Shown: positions 25,289-39,376, counted from the stretch's first letter. The stretch: DNA of 64,000 bases from Eledone cirrhosa (GCA_964016885.1 OZ024746.1:83576001-83640000), one strand, 5' to 3'. The notes: generated by a model not told the origin, from the letters alone. Translations and numbers: made by a program.

Positions 25289-27362
25289 TACAACACACTC
25301 ACAAATCTGTGTAACTTTTATGGAAATTCTGAGCAGCTTCAGTATGTAAATCCTTAGTCAGTAATGATACAAAAAAATAAGTAAATTAACAACTGGACTC
25401 AAGTTTATGACTGGTACTTTTTTGATAACCGCATAAATAAAGAATTAAATTAACCCAGACATAATTTTAATTCAGAACTACAAGGCACTTAGTACTGGTA
25501 TGTTTATGTATTTATGATATATTTAGCCTCATTGTAATAATTTATAGGTAACAACCACCACCTTTAAAATCTATTTGTTTAAATGTTAATTATAATATTT
25601 GATCAAAGGAACCTTTGCAGTAACTACATTGGTTTTAATTTTGAGTCTGATACACTGATCACTCTTGTGTTATGAGATAGTGCTGGTGCTATAATAAAAA
25701 GCACTCAATCCACCCTGTAAGATGGAAGGTAGTATTGGTACCATGATGAAAAGCAACCGGTCCACCATGTGAGGTGGTAGTGCCAGAGCTATTACAGAAT
25801 GCTCCCAGTACATTCTGTAAAGTGGTTGGTGTTAGAAAGTGTATCCAGCCATAGAAACCAAGCCAAAAACAGTGTACATGCAAGACATAGTCATCTGACC
25901 AGTCTACTAGTCTTAGTAAGTGACAGCTTGTCTAACCCATGCAAGCATGGAAAATAGACATTAAACAGTGATAATAATGATGAGGAATCTAACTAGATGT
26001 TTAGATGTGTAGATATAATTGAATCTTTGCTTTTTCCCTGTAAGACTCACTTTGTTGTTTGTACTAGAACTTTCCTTAAAGTGGTGATGATGATGATGAT
26101 GATGATGATGATAATGTGCATCACTCATTCTACTTAGCTTCCTCATCAGTAATACTCTATTCTTATATTTGGAATAATGCTTTTCCTTATTAGCTTTGTC
26201 CTTAAATATCTCAAATAACCAAGCTAAGACATAACTCTTCTATTAAATTCTTTCATTAGTATCTTTCAACTCCTACTACTACTACTGGAAGTTGTATCTT
26301 ATTACTTCCTTAGATCTGTAGTCTGGTATAAAGATCTACTCTTTCCTTGTATGCGAATGTTTTTTCAAGATGGTTTAAATTTACTCAAGTTGTGATTTAA
26401 GCTACAGTTAAGCATTCTATGGATAGCGTATGGTATCGCACACAAAGTATTTGTTGTAGAGAAGATGAAGAAAAGCAGAAAAAGAAATAATAATTTTTAG
26501 TTCATATAAACAGAGTATATATTTTTAATTTCCTATCTTCATAGCTGTGTTAGTCTAGTTCACTTACCATGAAGTCCCTTAGGAATTTTGGGAACTTGAA
26601 ATTACCCTCAGTATCACTTGAGTGTGTGGTAATATTCTCAGTTGCCCATTTCAAATATGTTAATGAATAAAATGAGTAACTCAAGTGAAACAAATGGCAT
26701 GAATTTAGATAAGTTAAGGGGTGATGTATTCTGGTGGCTGGTGGCTTAGTGGTAAGGGCTTTGGACTCATGGTTGTAAATTCATGTGTTTGAATCCTGGA
26801 CCAGGCAGTGTGTTATGTTCTTGAGCAAGATACTTTATTTCACATTGCATTTCAATGGTAGGACTGGAGTCCAATTATTAAAATGCCCAAGAAATCTCCT
26901 ATGCATACAACGTTATAGGTGATTAGCTAAACCTGCGTAGGTGTGAGCTTTAAATTTCCTTTTTCTTCTTCTATTTTTCATATGCCAAAAATCCTTTTAA
27001 TTAAAATTTTCCTCTCAGTTGGAAAAAAAATAATAGTGATAACTGCTAGCAACTATCAAAGTGATTCTCTTTAGTCAAGCAGGTTCAAGTTTAACTGTTT
27101 TGCTGAAAAGGTCCAATAAGACCAAACCATGTCTGTAATTTTCATTTTGCTTGTGAACAAAGGTCAGATTTCCTCTAAGCATACAAATTAGATTCATGAA
27201 ATGACCATATATACTTGTGATTAGGTTGCACATTAAAAAGAAATGTTACATGAAAAACTAGCATGTGACTTAACTACTAGGCCTACAAAACCTCAATTAA
27301 AAATCTATGGTACATTGTAAATGTATGTAAAATGGTGTGACATATGAGAATATACTCTAAAG

Positions 27363-27807
27363 CAGTGCTTCTCAAACTATCTGATGTGGCGGACCGGCAT
27401 TTTTTTTTTCAATGTGCCATGTACCGCTAATATTTCGTAGTAATATTAATTTATACCGGAAACGATATATATAATGAATATAATAATAGTTGACCATTTT
27501 TTTCATCTTCTATTTATTTTGTAAACAAATAATTGTTTCTACTTTAGGCACAAGGCAAGCAATTACCCAGTGCATTACTGGTACTTTATTTTATCGACCC
27601 CGTAAGGATGAAAGGCAAAGTCAACCTTGGCGGGATTTGAACTCAGATCGTAAAGGGACGTAACTATGTAAACAAATAATACAATATCAAAACATAAAAA
27701 AGTAATAAAAAAAATTCCTCAAATGATTCCTTAGCATGGCCGCGTACCGGTAGCTGATGGCTTGCATACCGGCACCGGTCCGCGGATCACCACTTTGAGT
27801 AGCACTG
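27363..27807. mobile_element. hAT (Charlie-type) non-autonomous DNA transposon
   Basis: TIRs CAGTGCTTCTCAAA / TTTGAGTAGCACTG. The 8-bp TSD is CTCTAAAG / CTGTAAAG with central TA. Confidence 0.88.
27534..27666 (-). mobile_element. 5'-truncated SINE family A nested in the hAT MITE
   Basis: Reverse complement of the 38.7-kb SINE. A 14-bp TSD TGTAAACAAATAAT lies at 27520-27533 and 27667-27680. Confidence 0.88.
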
Positions 27808-28516
27808 CTGTAAAGCATCCCTTCTTTTGTTTGAGAATCACTAACAATTACCATTAAGATTTTGTTTTCTTTGTTCAACAAAAATTTCAATTGAGAATCT
27901 GTTTGTGTCCTGCCATTTCATACATCACATACGTTGTAAATACAATAATTGACTACTGCTCCAATAAATCGTCTAAATCAGAAGCTTGTGTCTTAGAGTT
28001 GTCACATTAGTATTAATGGCGGTTTCTAAAATGGTGGTTTGTTAAACTATATTATTTCCTCCCTCCTTTAACGTTGATTTAATAAAACACATTCAGCATC
28101 ACTTGTATAGTTTTCAAATTTGCAATTTAAAATTTGCGATTATCTTTACAGCTTGTAATTATAATTCAATTAGTTATTTGATTTTTAGATGGACATTTTC
28201 AGTAATTTTAATATAGAAAGTTCTTGTTAAACATTATTGTTAAAAAAGAGCAACAAAAAGAAAAAAAAAAAAGTTAAATTCTATTACTGAAAATTTCAGG
28301 TATGCTGACATTATTTTCAAGGGACAAGATGGTATTTAAAAAAAAACCCAGTCAAATGTCAACACAGCTTAGTCAGCTGTGTTGAATTTCAAAACACCAA
28401 GATCACGCATTTTCCATCGTTATTAGTCAACATATTTGCTTTATTTTACAAATTAGACAAGTTGAATTGAAATATAATTCCCAAATTAAAGTTAGAGGGT
28501 TTTTTTCATGACACAA

Positions 28517-28552
<36 letters not shown>

Positions 28553-30163
28553 AATGAATGTGTAAGTTTTTTTTTTTAATAATTTCCATACAACAGTCAT
28601 AGTTTTTTGCTGAAAATTTGATTAAGATTAGAACAGGATAAGGAAGGTCTAATATTTCTTTATTTGTATTTAATTTTAACCTAAATATTTGACACCAATT
28701 GTGGATGGGTAATGCTAAATTTTATAAGAACTTTGTTTTCCATATATTAATTAATTTGTTTGTTTTGTTTATTTTTAAACAGTTTAATTAAGGAGGGAAT
28801 GGTAGTAGCCATGACCCTTTTTTGAGGGGCCTCCAAGACTACTGTGTGGGAGGTAGGAAGGTATCATCTAACTGGAGACCTTGTTCAAATGCTTGCAACA
28901 GACTGGTCTCTGCTAAAGGCACTCAAGGGCCAAATGGTGATGTTAAATTGAGTGTCGGGTTAAATCTTCCACCTAAGTACACCACATCAGGATTTGAATT
29001 CAGAATGGAAAGAGCCAGAACAAATACTAGAGGTATCTTGTCCGATGTTCTAAAAATTCTACCAGTCTAGTACTTAATATATTAATCATAAAAATAAGAA
29101 AGGTGAAGTTGACCTTGGAGGGATTTGAACTCAGAGCAGAGAGAGTCGAAACAAATACTGCAAGGCATTTTGTCCTACACCCAAATGACTTCACCACTTG
29201 GCATTTTAATGACTGCCAATTTGTTCTTTTGTTTCAACAAATAACTGACAACATTGTGATGCCTGTTGAAATGTTCATATGTGACACAAGGTAAAGTGAA
29301 AGAATTAGTGATGATTTTGAATAGTAAAGGTCGTAACTTGTTCTATATAATTAACATTTTTAATGATATTCATTACATGTTGACCTTATTGTTTCAGCAA
29401 AGAGCTATGTATATGGTTTATTGTACAATTTTTGATGTCTTTTGGTGTAACCTAAGTAAAGTTTAACAAACTATAAATCTTTCGTGAAATTTGGTGGTGT
29501 TAAGGTTTTTCTATATACTGGAAACTGAGAAGGGAAGACATGAAACTGAAGCTGTTGTGAACTGTGCTAAATTGGAGTTGTAAGAAACATAGGATGTTGC
29601 AATAGTTAGAGAAAAGTGGAAATCAAAATTGTGTACTTAGAATTGGTAATTGTTATAGGTTAGCCCCCAGATCAGATCTGGTTGAGCAGAACTGTGTTTA
29701 AAAGACATTCCAGCCATCACCATCCCATCTGTTTTTCATGTATATTGTTTCTTGGACTCCATTATATAATGTATCTTATTTTTTGGATGATAATAATATA
29801 TGAGTTAAGGGAGGTTTAGCTGCTGTTTCTAATAAACCAAGCGACCACTTAGAGGCTGCCTCATTTGGCTTGTAGGGTCTCCTTTGAGTAAGTTAGTTAT
29901 TATCAGTATAGTCTTTACTAAGATTTCTATTACACCACACACACACACATGAGTGTGCACACATATGTGTAAGCATGTGGATCTCAGTAAAACTTGTACT
30001 GATAAAAACCAACATACTCAAAGGGCTTGTTATTATCAGTAAATGCTTTTAAAATATTTTTTTGCAGACAACACTTGTTAAATGTTTTACAAGTTTATCA
30101 ATTCTTCAAATTTGTTTTTACAGTTTACTGTGCAATAGATTAAAAACAAAACAAAACATTTTA

Positions 30164-30474
30164 ACCCGTTTCATACCAAACTGCCTGAAACTGTCCTGCT
30201 ATCTATGTTGTAAGGTTGTTTATTTTAACGTATTTATATTTATCTAAGAACCTTTCATCATAATTCCATGTAAGGATTTTTGTTAAGCTCTAAAACACCT
30301 GTTTATTTATGAGAAAGTTCTTTATATTACTAAATCTCTCCAAATTCTTGATATTTTTCAAAAATGATTTGAAAATTATAGGCCGTAATAATGAGAAAGT
30401 TTGCTATATTACTCAATCATTTTAAATTCTTGATTATTTTCACTATTTCATTGGAACAAGGTTAATGAAGGGGT
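30164..30474. mobile_element. TTAA-flanked MITE, family 2
   Basis: ttaa|cccgtttcataccaaactgcctgaaac ... aatgaagggg|ttaa. Related copies lie near 42.0, 51.0, 62.1 and 62.8 kb. Confidence 0.6.
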
Positions 30475-31143
30475 TAATGAACTCAAGAATTCCAATATAA
30501 AAACAGACTGCTATGAAGGCACTTGTCATAAATATTTTTGTGCCATGTTGAGGAATTGCCCATGTTTATTAAATCTAAAATGAATTGAGTGGGCATATCT
30601 GCTGATTAGTTTTGTAGAATGCCAAACTGGTTTTCAGAAAGAAATTTCTCATTAATTTTCTGTAAACGTTATGATGGATTGGTAGAATTCTTGTTAGTGT
30701 CAGACAAAATTCTTAGTGGTATTTGTTCCAACTCTTTACGTTCTGAGTTCAAATCCGGCAGAAATAAAAATTTCCTTTCACCTTTTTTGTCTGCCTGTTT
30801 CTGTCTGTCTGTCTTGGTCTCTGTCAGCTTATGTCTGTCTATCTGTCTTTCAGCCTATATCTAACTGTCTGTCTGCCTCTGTCTATCTGTCTGCCTGTAT
30901 CTAGCAGTTTCTATATCTTTATTTGTTTTTACAAAGAAAAGTTCATCAGTGACTCTGGTCAGATTCATCAGACTGTTATTTTGGTAGTAGTTGATGCTAT
31001 TTATATGCTTGTGTCAGTCTTATAGGTGGACTATTATAAATTCAATGTAAGCAGGTTTTATATAGATTGACCAATCATATAAACAGTATTGACAACTACA
31101 TAAATTACAGACTGATAAAAGTTGACCTCAGACAAACCTTTAA

Positions 31144-31349
31144 GCCTTTAGCATTTAAACAAGCCATATTCAGCCAGAATTCTCTCACCTCTTTCTCTTC
31201 AAACCAGCTGTAACTGGCCACTCATACTGATGTTAAAGTATTGTCCTCAAAATAAATAATATAAAAATCTCATAGATTCGATATTACGTGAGAAAGCCTT
31301 TACCACGAAAATACAATAGTAAATATAGAGTAATGTAAATGCTAAAGGG
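31144..31349. mobile_element. piggyBac-like MITE, family 1
   Basis: Same TIRs and internal sequence as 22140-22358, flanked by TTAA. Confidence 0.82.
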
Positions 31350-33067
31350 TTAAAGTCGCTGTCAAATTTTACCTTGTAAAGATAAGTTCCATTTTCTATT
31401 TATTTGTATTGAGTTAATGTTTGACTGTCTTTCTGTATGGTTATATGTGAAGGAATGTGGCTTAGTGGTTAAATAATTGGATTCACAGTTGTGATGTTGT
31501 GAGTTCAATTCTTGGGTGGCCAAGCAAGGCATTTTATTTCACGTTGCTCCTTCTGCCAGGAGTTGCAACTGGTAGATAGTATCAGCAATTAGAAGACCAC
31601 TGATTTGATGAGTTCTATCCACTTGTTAAGCAAATAAGGTCTGGGATCTGTTTTTTTTCCTCTCTTTAAATGTAAAACACACACTAATATCTATATGTCT
31701 ATCTGGATATGTGTCTGTATATATCTATCTCTATCTTTATGTATCTGCCTCTATCTCTATCTCAATATATCTGCCTCTATCTCTATCTATCTCTCTATCT
31801 CAATATATCTCTCTCTATACCTGTTTTTATATGTTTATACCCCTCTCTCTCTCCTGTGTTTCTATCTCTGTCTCTATGAGATAGGACTATTTAAATCTGG
31901 GATGAGACTTCTTGCCTTCTAAGGGATAAAGTACTTCAAAAAGTCTGTCCTGTTGTGGCTGTTCTCTCTTCTGATAAGGCTAACATAAACATGCACACAC
32001 ATGTAAAAACACACACACATGCCTGTAAATAAATGTATCTATACACACATTAACATATAAATAGACAAATAAACAAAAATGTACATATACACACTGAAAT
32101 AAGGATTCTCAGAAACAGATATGCATAAACATACACATATACAAGCAGTTCTACGCACGCGCACACACACACACACGTCCCTATGTTCCAGGATTCCTAC
32201 ACTCCTTTCCCTGGTCCCTATAGAAGCACTTATGTAAATAATTTAACTTGAAATGAAAGAAATAAGTTTTGGTATTTCATCATAGACATATACACTGTAC
32301 ATGTGTACGTGTGTGGTGTATGTGTGAGTAAACAACAGAATTGTCATAAATTTGATAATCATACCAGCCAGATGGTACTAAAAACAGAATTTGTATGAAA
32401 AAGATGTCTACTTTTAATCTACCCCCACAAAATATACTCTGAAAGTAGAACATTATAAACATTCTGTTAAAACTTATATATATATATATATATAATATTC
32501 GCACACACATACACAGTGGCATTTGAATGGTTGTTATTGTGTGTATAGCACGCCCACCATCCACCGACCAACAAGCGACAACCAGGCAGACTACCAACAC
32601 TGCCAGTATCAAAGACTGAATATAGGTAGTATAATGGATTGACAGCGAAGAACCATCCCACTCCCGTAGTAAAGAGGAACTGCCTCGACCTTTGCTTGAC
32701 CGCACACGCGCTCTACAGAATATCTCAGTTGCACAGAAACAGTGGACAACAGAGACCACGTACCATCCCTCTCCGACAGATAACTTTCCCCCTCGGAAAA
32801 CCCCCCAGTTGATGGATGCAAAATCCAAAATATAGGGACAATTAAATCTCTTCCAAGGTAACTCTATCTCGTGTTGTTATTTTTATTTTTATACTCTTTC
32901 CTATGTTCCTCTACACACTATACGTCTCATTCTACATTTCCTCTTACATCTCTCTCTTCACCACTGGATTCTGTTACCCGGAGATTTACACATCTGCATT
33001 GTTGAGGCTTCCACAACGACCAAATTTTTTATTATTCCACAATGCTTCAAGCAAACTTCAACACTCT

Positions 33068-33121
<54 letters not shown>

Positions 33122-33159
33122 GGTTCAATCGGGGGTAACCACAGTAAGTAAGGTACTCA

Positions 33160-33576
33160 ATACAAAGCAGAGTATAAATATTTAATACAGAAAAGGCTTC
33201 TACAGGACTAGAACTGTTTCATTCGGGAGAAATCATCAGGAGATTCCTGATGATTTCTCCCGAATGAAACGGTTCTAGTCCTGTAGAAGCCTTTTCTATA
33301 TTAAATATTTATACTCTGCTTTGTATTGTAAAAATGACTTCTACAAGACTAGAACTGCTTCATTCAGATATATACCTATACTCTACTAATGTATTGAGTA
33401 CCCTTTCTGATAGTGGCCACCTCCCAGTTTACATAAGGATGCTATATATATATACAATATAGGATCCTTATGTAAATTGGGAGGTGGCCACTATCAGAAA
33501 GGGTACTCGATACATTAGTAGAGTATAGGTATATATGTGAATGAAGCAGTTCTAGTCTTGTAGAAGTCATTTTTAT
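33160..33576. repeat. Two adjacent long hairpins in (TA)n; the first contains back-to-back hammerhead cores
   Basis: Hairpin 1 (~33160-33328) is centred on aaatcatcagg-agatt-cctgatgattt. Hairpin 2 (~33329-33576) has ~120-bp arms around a TA loop. Confidence 0.9.
33247..33286 (+). ncRNA. Hammerhead-like core lacking the 5' strand of stem I; mirror copy on minus strand ~33200-33239
   Basis: CTGATGA-T-TTC-tccc-GAA-T-GAAAC-ggttcta-GTC. The fold-back junction replaces the upstream stem I strand. Confidence 0.5.
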
Positions 33577-33609
33577 AATACAATGAATATATTTGCCTTT
33601 TGCATATAT

Positions 33610-33980
33610 ATCATCATCATCATTTTTGCTTGCAAGGGTGGGATGGGAACTGATGCTGGCTTGATTTTTACAGCTGGATGCCCTTCCTAACACCAACCAC
33701 ATTTACAGTGAGTGCTGGGTACTTTTTTTCCGTGGTGCCTACACGTCCACATTACAGTGTAGGCTGGGGTTTTTTTTGCTGTGGCACCTCCATAACCACT
33801 TTGCAGTGGAATGATATGGACCCCAGTCCCTATCATCTCATTTCTACAGCTGAGTAAACTGGAGCAATGTGAAATAAAGTGTCTTGCTCAAGGAAACAAC
33901 ACATCACCCAGTCTGAGAATTGAACTCACAACCTTTCGATTGCAAGGCCAATGCTCTAACCACTAAGCCATGTGCCTCCA
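33610..33980 (-). mobile_element. Full-length tRNA-derived SINE family B
   Basis: Reverse complement of the copies at 43413 and 51131, with a (GAT)n tail at 33610. Confidence 0.9.
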
Positions 33981-34498
33981 TATATATATATATAAGCAGT
34001 AGCACTAAGATACTGTTAAGCATAATAGGGGTGTGTATGAAAGCATATACTCTATGTTTACATACAATAAACATATGGGTGTCTCGCTGTCAAAGAAAAA
34101 TAGATTTTGCATGATGGATATTTGCTGGTGATGTTCATTTGCATAGAGCAATTAATTATACTGTCAATTAGTTATAACCAGCCATTTTACACCCTCTTTT
34201 CCATGCTTGTGTAGGATGGATGGGTTCTTTCCCAGCACAGCATCTCTCCAATTATCATCTTCTCCATGCAATTCAGTGATTTGAGATTAGCCCTGACAAC
34301 CTTTGCCTTAATGAATGTAGATGTTTGTGGATAATGTTATATATACTTATTATATAACTAAATGTTACACACCAATAAACTATATTATGGCCAACTAAAT
34401 ACGCATGTGTTTTTTTCCTCCACAATTTTGTTCTCATTTTCCCCATTCCTTCCTCTCATCACTCTTTACTTTTTATTTACCTTCTATTTCTAACTTTT

Positions 34499-34534
34499 TC
34501 TTCTGATGAAGGACTGGTGTCGAAAACGTTAAGG
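34499..34534 (+). ncRNA. Slightly degenerate minimal hammerhead ribozyme of Penelope type
   Basis: CTT-CTGATGA-AGGAC-tggt-GTC-GAAA-ACGTT-AAG, with palindrome AACGTT. A related remnant gtccggaacgttaag lies at ~48449. Confidence 0.55.
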
Positions 34535-34560
34535 CTATCTTCCTGATATTTCAAGTGTTG

Positions 34561-34606
<46 letters not shown>

Positions 34607-36905
34607 AAAATATTGTGGAAAATGTGAGGAATAAAACTTTCAGCAGTTTGGGTATCTAGGGATTGGGGAGCATTGGTTAAAGCTTCCCCCTTAACACACA
34701 CACTGACCCACACACACTCACAAATATAATCATCACTCTACTGTTTAGTAGTGAAGGTCATGATTTAGTGAATGACTAAATCCCCAGATAGCCAGCCAGT
34801 ATCCCACATGTCTACAAGAGGAGACAAAATAGCTAACATCATATATAAATAATATTAAACCTTTAAAGGAGCTAATGAAATTGTTTACCTTAATTAGTGA
34901 GCATTTACTTAAATAATTTTATCTTATATTGAATTAGATGTCTGAGACCAGTTAATATGATTATAATTTTCTGGGTCATTAACCTCATCTTTATATTTTT
35001 ATTTCTATACAAAGGCTGTTGATTTGGCAGAGTCATTAGAGCAGAAGATATTTGTTCTGGATCTCTGTGCTCTCTGAGTTCAAATCCTGCTGAAGCCCAC
35101 TTTGCTTTTCATCCTTTTGGGGTCGATAAAGAAATTACCAGCACAGTGCTGGTGCGAGCCTCTCTCCTTCCAGCTGTAACATCCTGGATGTTCCATTGGA
35201 TCATAGGAGTGAAGGGTGAAAAGGCGTTTGTGTCTGTTCATGACTGTATTGGCACATAAATGTCTTAACAAATGCATGGTACATGTTACCAAGTCATACT
35301 CAATTGTGAGTGATGTCTGTAATAGTTATATCTATATTATATTTTGGTTGTTTTCATCCCTTATCATCATCTGATGTGTTATTTTTGGATGTGAACATTG
35401 CCCATGACTGGATTCAGACTAGGAATCTTTATTTCTAAATTAAGGGTTATAATGACCTTATCCACTAAGCCAATTATTTATGACTCTTTTCAGAAGGTGG
35501 TCCAGAAAATTCATGAAGAAAACTTCTTGGACCACCAAATAGAAATTTACTTCTATACGACATATATTTTTAATCAATCATGCATTGTTTATAATAGAAT
35601 ACATGTAAATTTATTTTTGATTGTATCCCGGTTTTTAGAATAGGTACATTTTCCTATGTGTTGTATGATGCAACTAAAAGTCTTGACGTCAAGAAGGGCA
35701 ACTGGTTGTAAAATGTCTCAAAACACTGCATCCAATCTAAGCCAGCATGGAAAAGTGAATGTAAAAATTATGATGATGATGTTTGTCTTGTGTAAAGAAT
35801 TAGTGACTTCCTTGGTCATATGAAAATTGTTGTAGACCACAAAAACTTTGGTATGGATTACTGGTGGTTTACCTGGGCCATGTCATGCATTACTTTCATC
35901 GTCATCATTTAATGTTCACTTTCCCTGCTATCAAGGGTTGGACAGGGAGTTCCTAGTTAAAATCCTATCTAGCACAATGTACATATCCAAGAATAAGAAG
36001 AGATTTGATGATGATTGGAGATCAAACCAGTCAAAATGTAGTTTTGATGTTAATATTGGAAATATATACTCTAAAGATAAGGTCATTAGTCTGGAAATTT
36101 CTAATCTTTTCTTGAATTAGATTATTTTGAAGGAGGACAAGTAATTAGAAGCTGGATAAATTTAATGAACAAGACACATTCAGTCAGCCAGTAGTTTATT
36201 GTATGCTTAATTAGAATTTCTTCTTTCCAGAACATGGTAAGTGCCACAATTCATTAGGATTTTTATAGTTCCAGGACTTTGCTAGACTCTGTTGGCAATG
36301 ATTGCATGGAAAAATGGATGTTAGCATGGTAGCATGGAAAAATGGACGTTAAACAATGATGATGATGATGATGATGATGTCATCCTTGGTTGGTTGCTAA
36401 ATTAAGTTCTAGTATGAGATTGGAGTTGATGTCATCATCATTTGTACTTTAATCTATACGGCAAGTTTCTATCTGAGACATTAGTATTAGAATTATGGTA
36501 AGATCTTAGTACACCAAATTCTTTAGTTAGTTTTCATACTTATTTGGATCCATTACACTCTGCTACATTGCCAATGTCTTTGAGAAAGAATATACACAAA
36601 AGTCATCATCATTCCAGTATTCCATGTTTTTTTGTCCCCCCCCCCCCTCCATTTTGAATTCAAGTTCCATCAAAGTCAACTTTGTCTCTCATGTTTATAT
36701 GGGATCAATAATAAAGTACTAGTCAAGTACTGAGGTCAGTTTAATCTTCTCTTCCTCTCTGCCAAATGTCTGACCTTGTGCCTATGTTAGAAATTATTAT
36801 TATTATTATTCTATATATTAATAACATCTAGTTGGAATAGAAGGGAAGTTATTTGGCACACATGAAAAATTCTTGGAATGCACATTATTTAAACCACTAA
36901 AAGCA

Positions 36906-36989
<84 letters not shown>

Positions 36990-38666
36990 TTTAGATGTTA
37001 GGAAAAGATACAAATTAACTATGTTCCAGATAATATAGATTATTTAGTAATTGTAAAAAAAAAAGATAAAGATGAAAAGAACAACAAAACAAAATGAAAT
37101 AAAAAAAAAGTCAAGAACATCAGGAAATTGAATTATTTTTTTCTGGAATGCATCGTCAAACATCACTTATTCAATGGTTATATAAGCAGCCTATTCAATT
37201 TTGTTGACCAAACACAAACATTCTTTCAAGCATCCTTCAGGTATTGATCCCCAAAGTTTTCCTGCTAAACCAATATGTTACCATATTTCTAATCAAACAC
37301 ACTACATATGTGTTCCAATTAATTTGTTTTTAAATAATCAAGAATTTGGAAGGATTTAGTAAAATAAGTAGCTTTTTCATTGTTAAGTTTAATGTTTAGA
37401 ACACAACCAATAAAAATCATAAAATTATGATGGAAGAATATAATTTAAATATAAACAGTTTTGTATCATAGAACCAGAGACAGTCAAAAGAGTTCAAATA
37501 TTTCATTATAACCTCTGACATTTATTGTCATTTAATCATGACTATAATATATATATAAATATATTATAATCCTACCAGCTAGCGTGGAAGATGAACGTTA
37601 AATGATATATATATATATATATATGAAAAATATGGGTGAGAAGAATACTGCTGGTTGCACATGGATAACATGTTATAAAATGAGTCCCTCATCAGTGATT
37701 TACCAAACGATCATGGGTATTTCATCGCATTAAAAATCATATACCTCACGTTGGAGCGATAACTAAAATAAGTTATTAGGACAATAGAAACACGTAAAGT
37801 GAGTAAGACAAGTAAACAACACAGGGGGAAGCTAACCGAAGATGGAAATAAACACAAGCAACATAGTTATTCTTTCAGCATAAGCTGTGTGAATATATGC
37901 GCGAGTCAGAAACAGACCTTTCGCTAGTGAATCTGGTGTTAGAAAGAAGGAAAACCGTTTTCCCAGCGAACGGGAGGAAGAAAGAAAGGGAGAAACAGGG
38001 ACTGAGTGAGTGGGAGTACGAGGAAGAGGTCAGTAGAGAGAAAGTGTTAACTGACATGGCAGAGGGGACAAAAGAAAGTAAGAGAAACAGAGAACGAGGG
38101 AGCAGTAAGAGAGAAAGAGAGAAACTATATATATATATATTCATTAGTTAAGCAAAACAAGGCCACAAATTTCACAATATAATAATGGTTTCTGATTTAG
38201 GCACATGGTCAACAATTTTGGGGGAGGGGGAAAGTCGATTAAATTGACTTCAGTGTGTTACTGGTACTTTATTTTATAGACTCCATAAGGATGAAAGGCA
38301 AAACTAATCTTGGCGGGATTTGACCTTAGAACATAAAAGCTTGTAACTATATGCTGCTCTACCAATTCTGCCAATCCACTGCCCTAATATAATGATAAAA
38401 CTTTATAATTTGAATCTAGTGCTTTGATCTTTCACAAGATTTATCAAGATATAAATGTAGTTGTTATTAAAATGGTAGTTAACCAAGAATTCCCTTATGT
38501 ATATTCTTACATCTCTTTAAGTAATGTTGTTGTGGTTTACTTTTGGAGTGAGTGAATTTCTTTTTAACTAAATTTATATCTTGACAGTGTCATGAAAGAC
38601 AAAGGCTCTAGATTCAAATTATAAAACTTTTTTTATTATTGCATTTTACCCGAGTAGTAAACAGTG

Positions 38667-38853
38667 TTTGGATTGGCAATATCGGTAGAGGGTCGGACGC
38701 TATGCTTTCTAGCATAGTTACGTCCCTTTACGATCTGAGTTCAAATTCCCGCCGAGGTTGACTTTGCTTTTCATCCTTACGGGGTCGATAAAATAAAGTA
38801 CCAGTAATGCACTGGATAATTGGTGGCCTTGTGCCTAAAGTAGAAACAATTAT
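38667..38853 (+). mobile_element. tRNA-derived SINE family A (Meta-domain-like core)
   Basis: A-box-like tggcaatatcggtaga, B-box gagttcaaatt, core gcttttcatccttacggggtcgataaaataaagtaccag and 3' end gtgcctaaagtagaaacaattatt. Confidence 0.88.
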
Positions 38854-39023
38854 TTCATCTGACAATTATATTTTATTAATATATATATATATATATATAT
38901 AAATATAGACATAGAATATTCGAAAATATTCTGTATGTTTATAATAAACATTTTGAAGACCTAATCGCTATAGAATAGAATACGTCACGTATTACAATTA
39001 GATTCTCGATAAAAGCAAGGGAA

Positions 39024-39066
39024 GTAATCTACGCGTTTCATTCTTATTAGAAATCTTCAGGACTAC
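39024..39066 (-). ncRNA. Minimal type I hammerhead ribozyme, copy 1
   Basis: Minus strand: GTAGTC-CTGAAGA-T-TTCT-aata-AGAA-T-GAAA-CGCG-TA-GATTAC. Confidence 0.85.
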
Positions 39067-39333
39067 ATATCCAGTGCTTTTATCGAGAATGACACAGCTA
39101 GAGACTTATAGAATACTTAGCTGTGTACATGAACTGGTTTGAAAGAGCGGTTGCCGGTCCGGCAGAAATTAGAAATTGGAATAAATGCTCTGAAATAGCG
39201 ATCTATATGTGAATATAGACATAGAATATTCGAAAATATTCTGTATGTTTATAATAAACATTTTGAAGACCTAATCGCTATAGAATAGAATACGTCACGT
39301 ATTACAATTAGATTCTCGATAAAAGCAAGGGAA

Positions 39334-39376
39334 GTAATCTACGCGTTTCATTCTTATTAGAAATCTTCAGGACTAC
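39334..39376 (-). ncRNA. Minimal type I hammerhead ribozyme, copy 2
   Basis: Identical motif 310 bp after copy 1. Confidence 0.85.

Noticed and set aside
37670-37700. Minus-strand CTGATGAGGGACTCA motif
   Set aside because: No matching stem II partner or GAAA.
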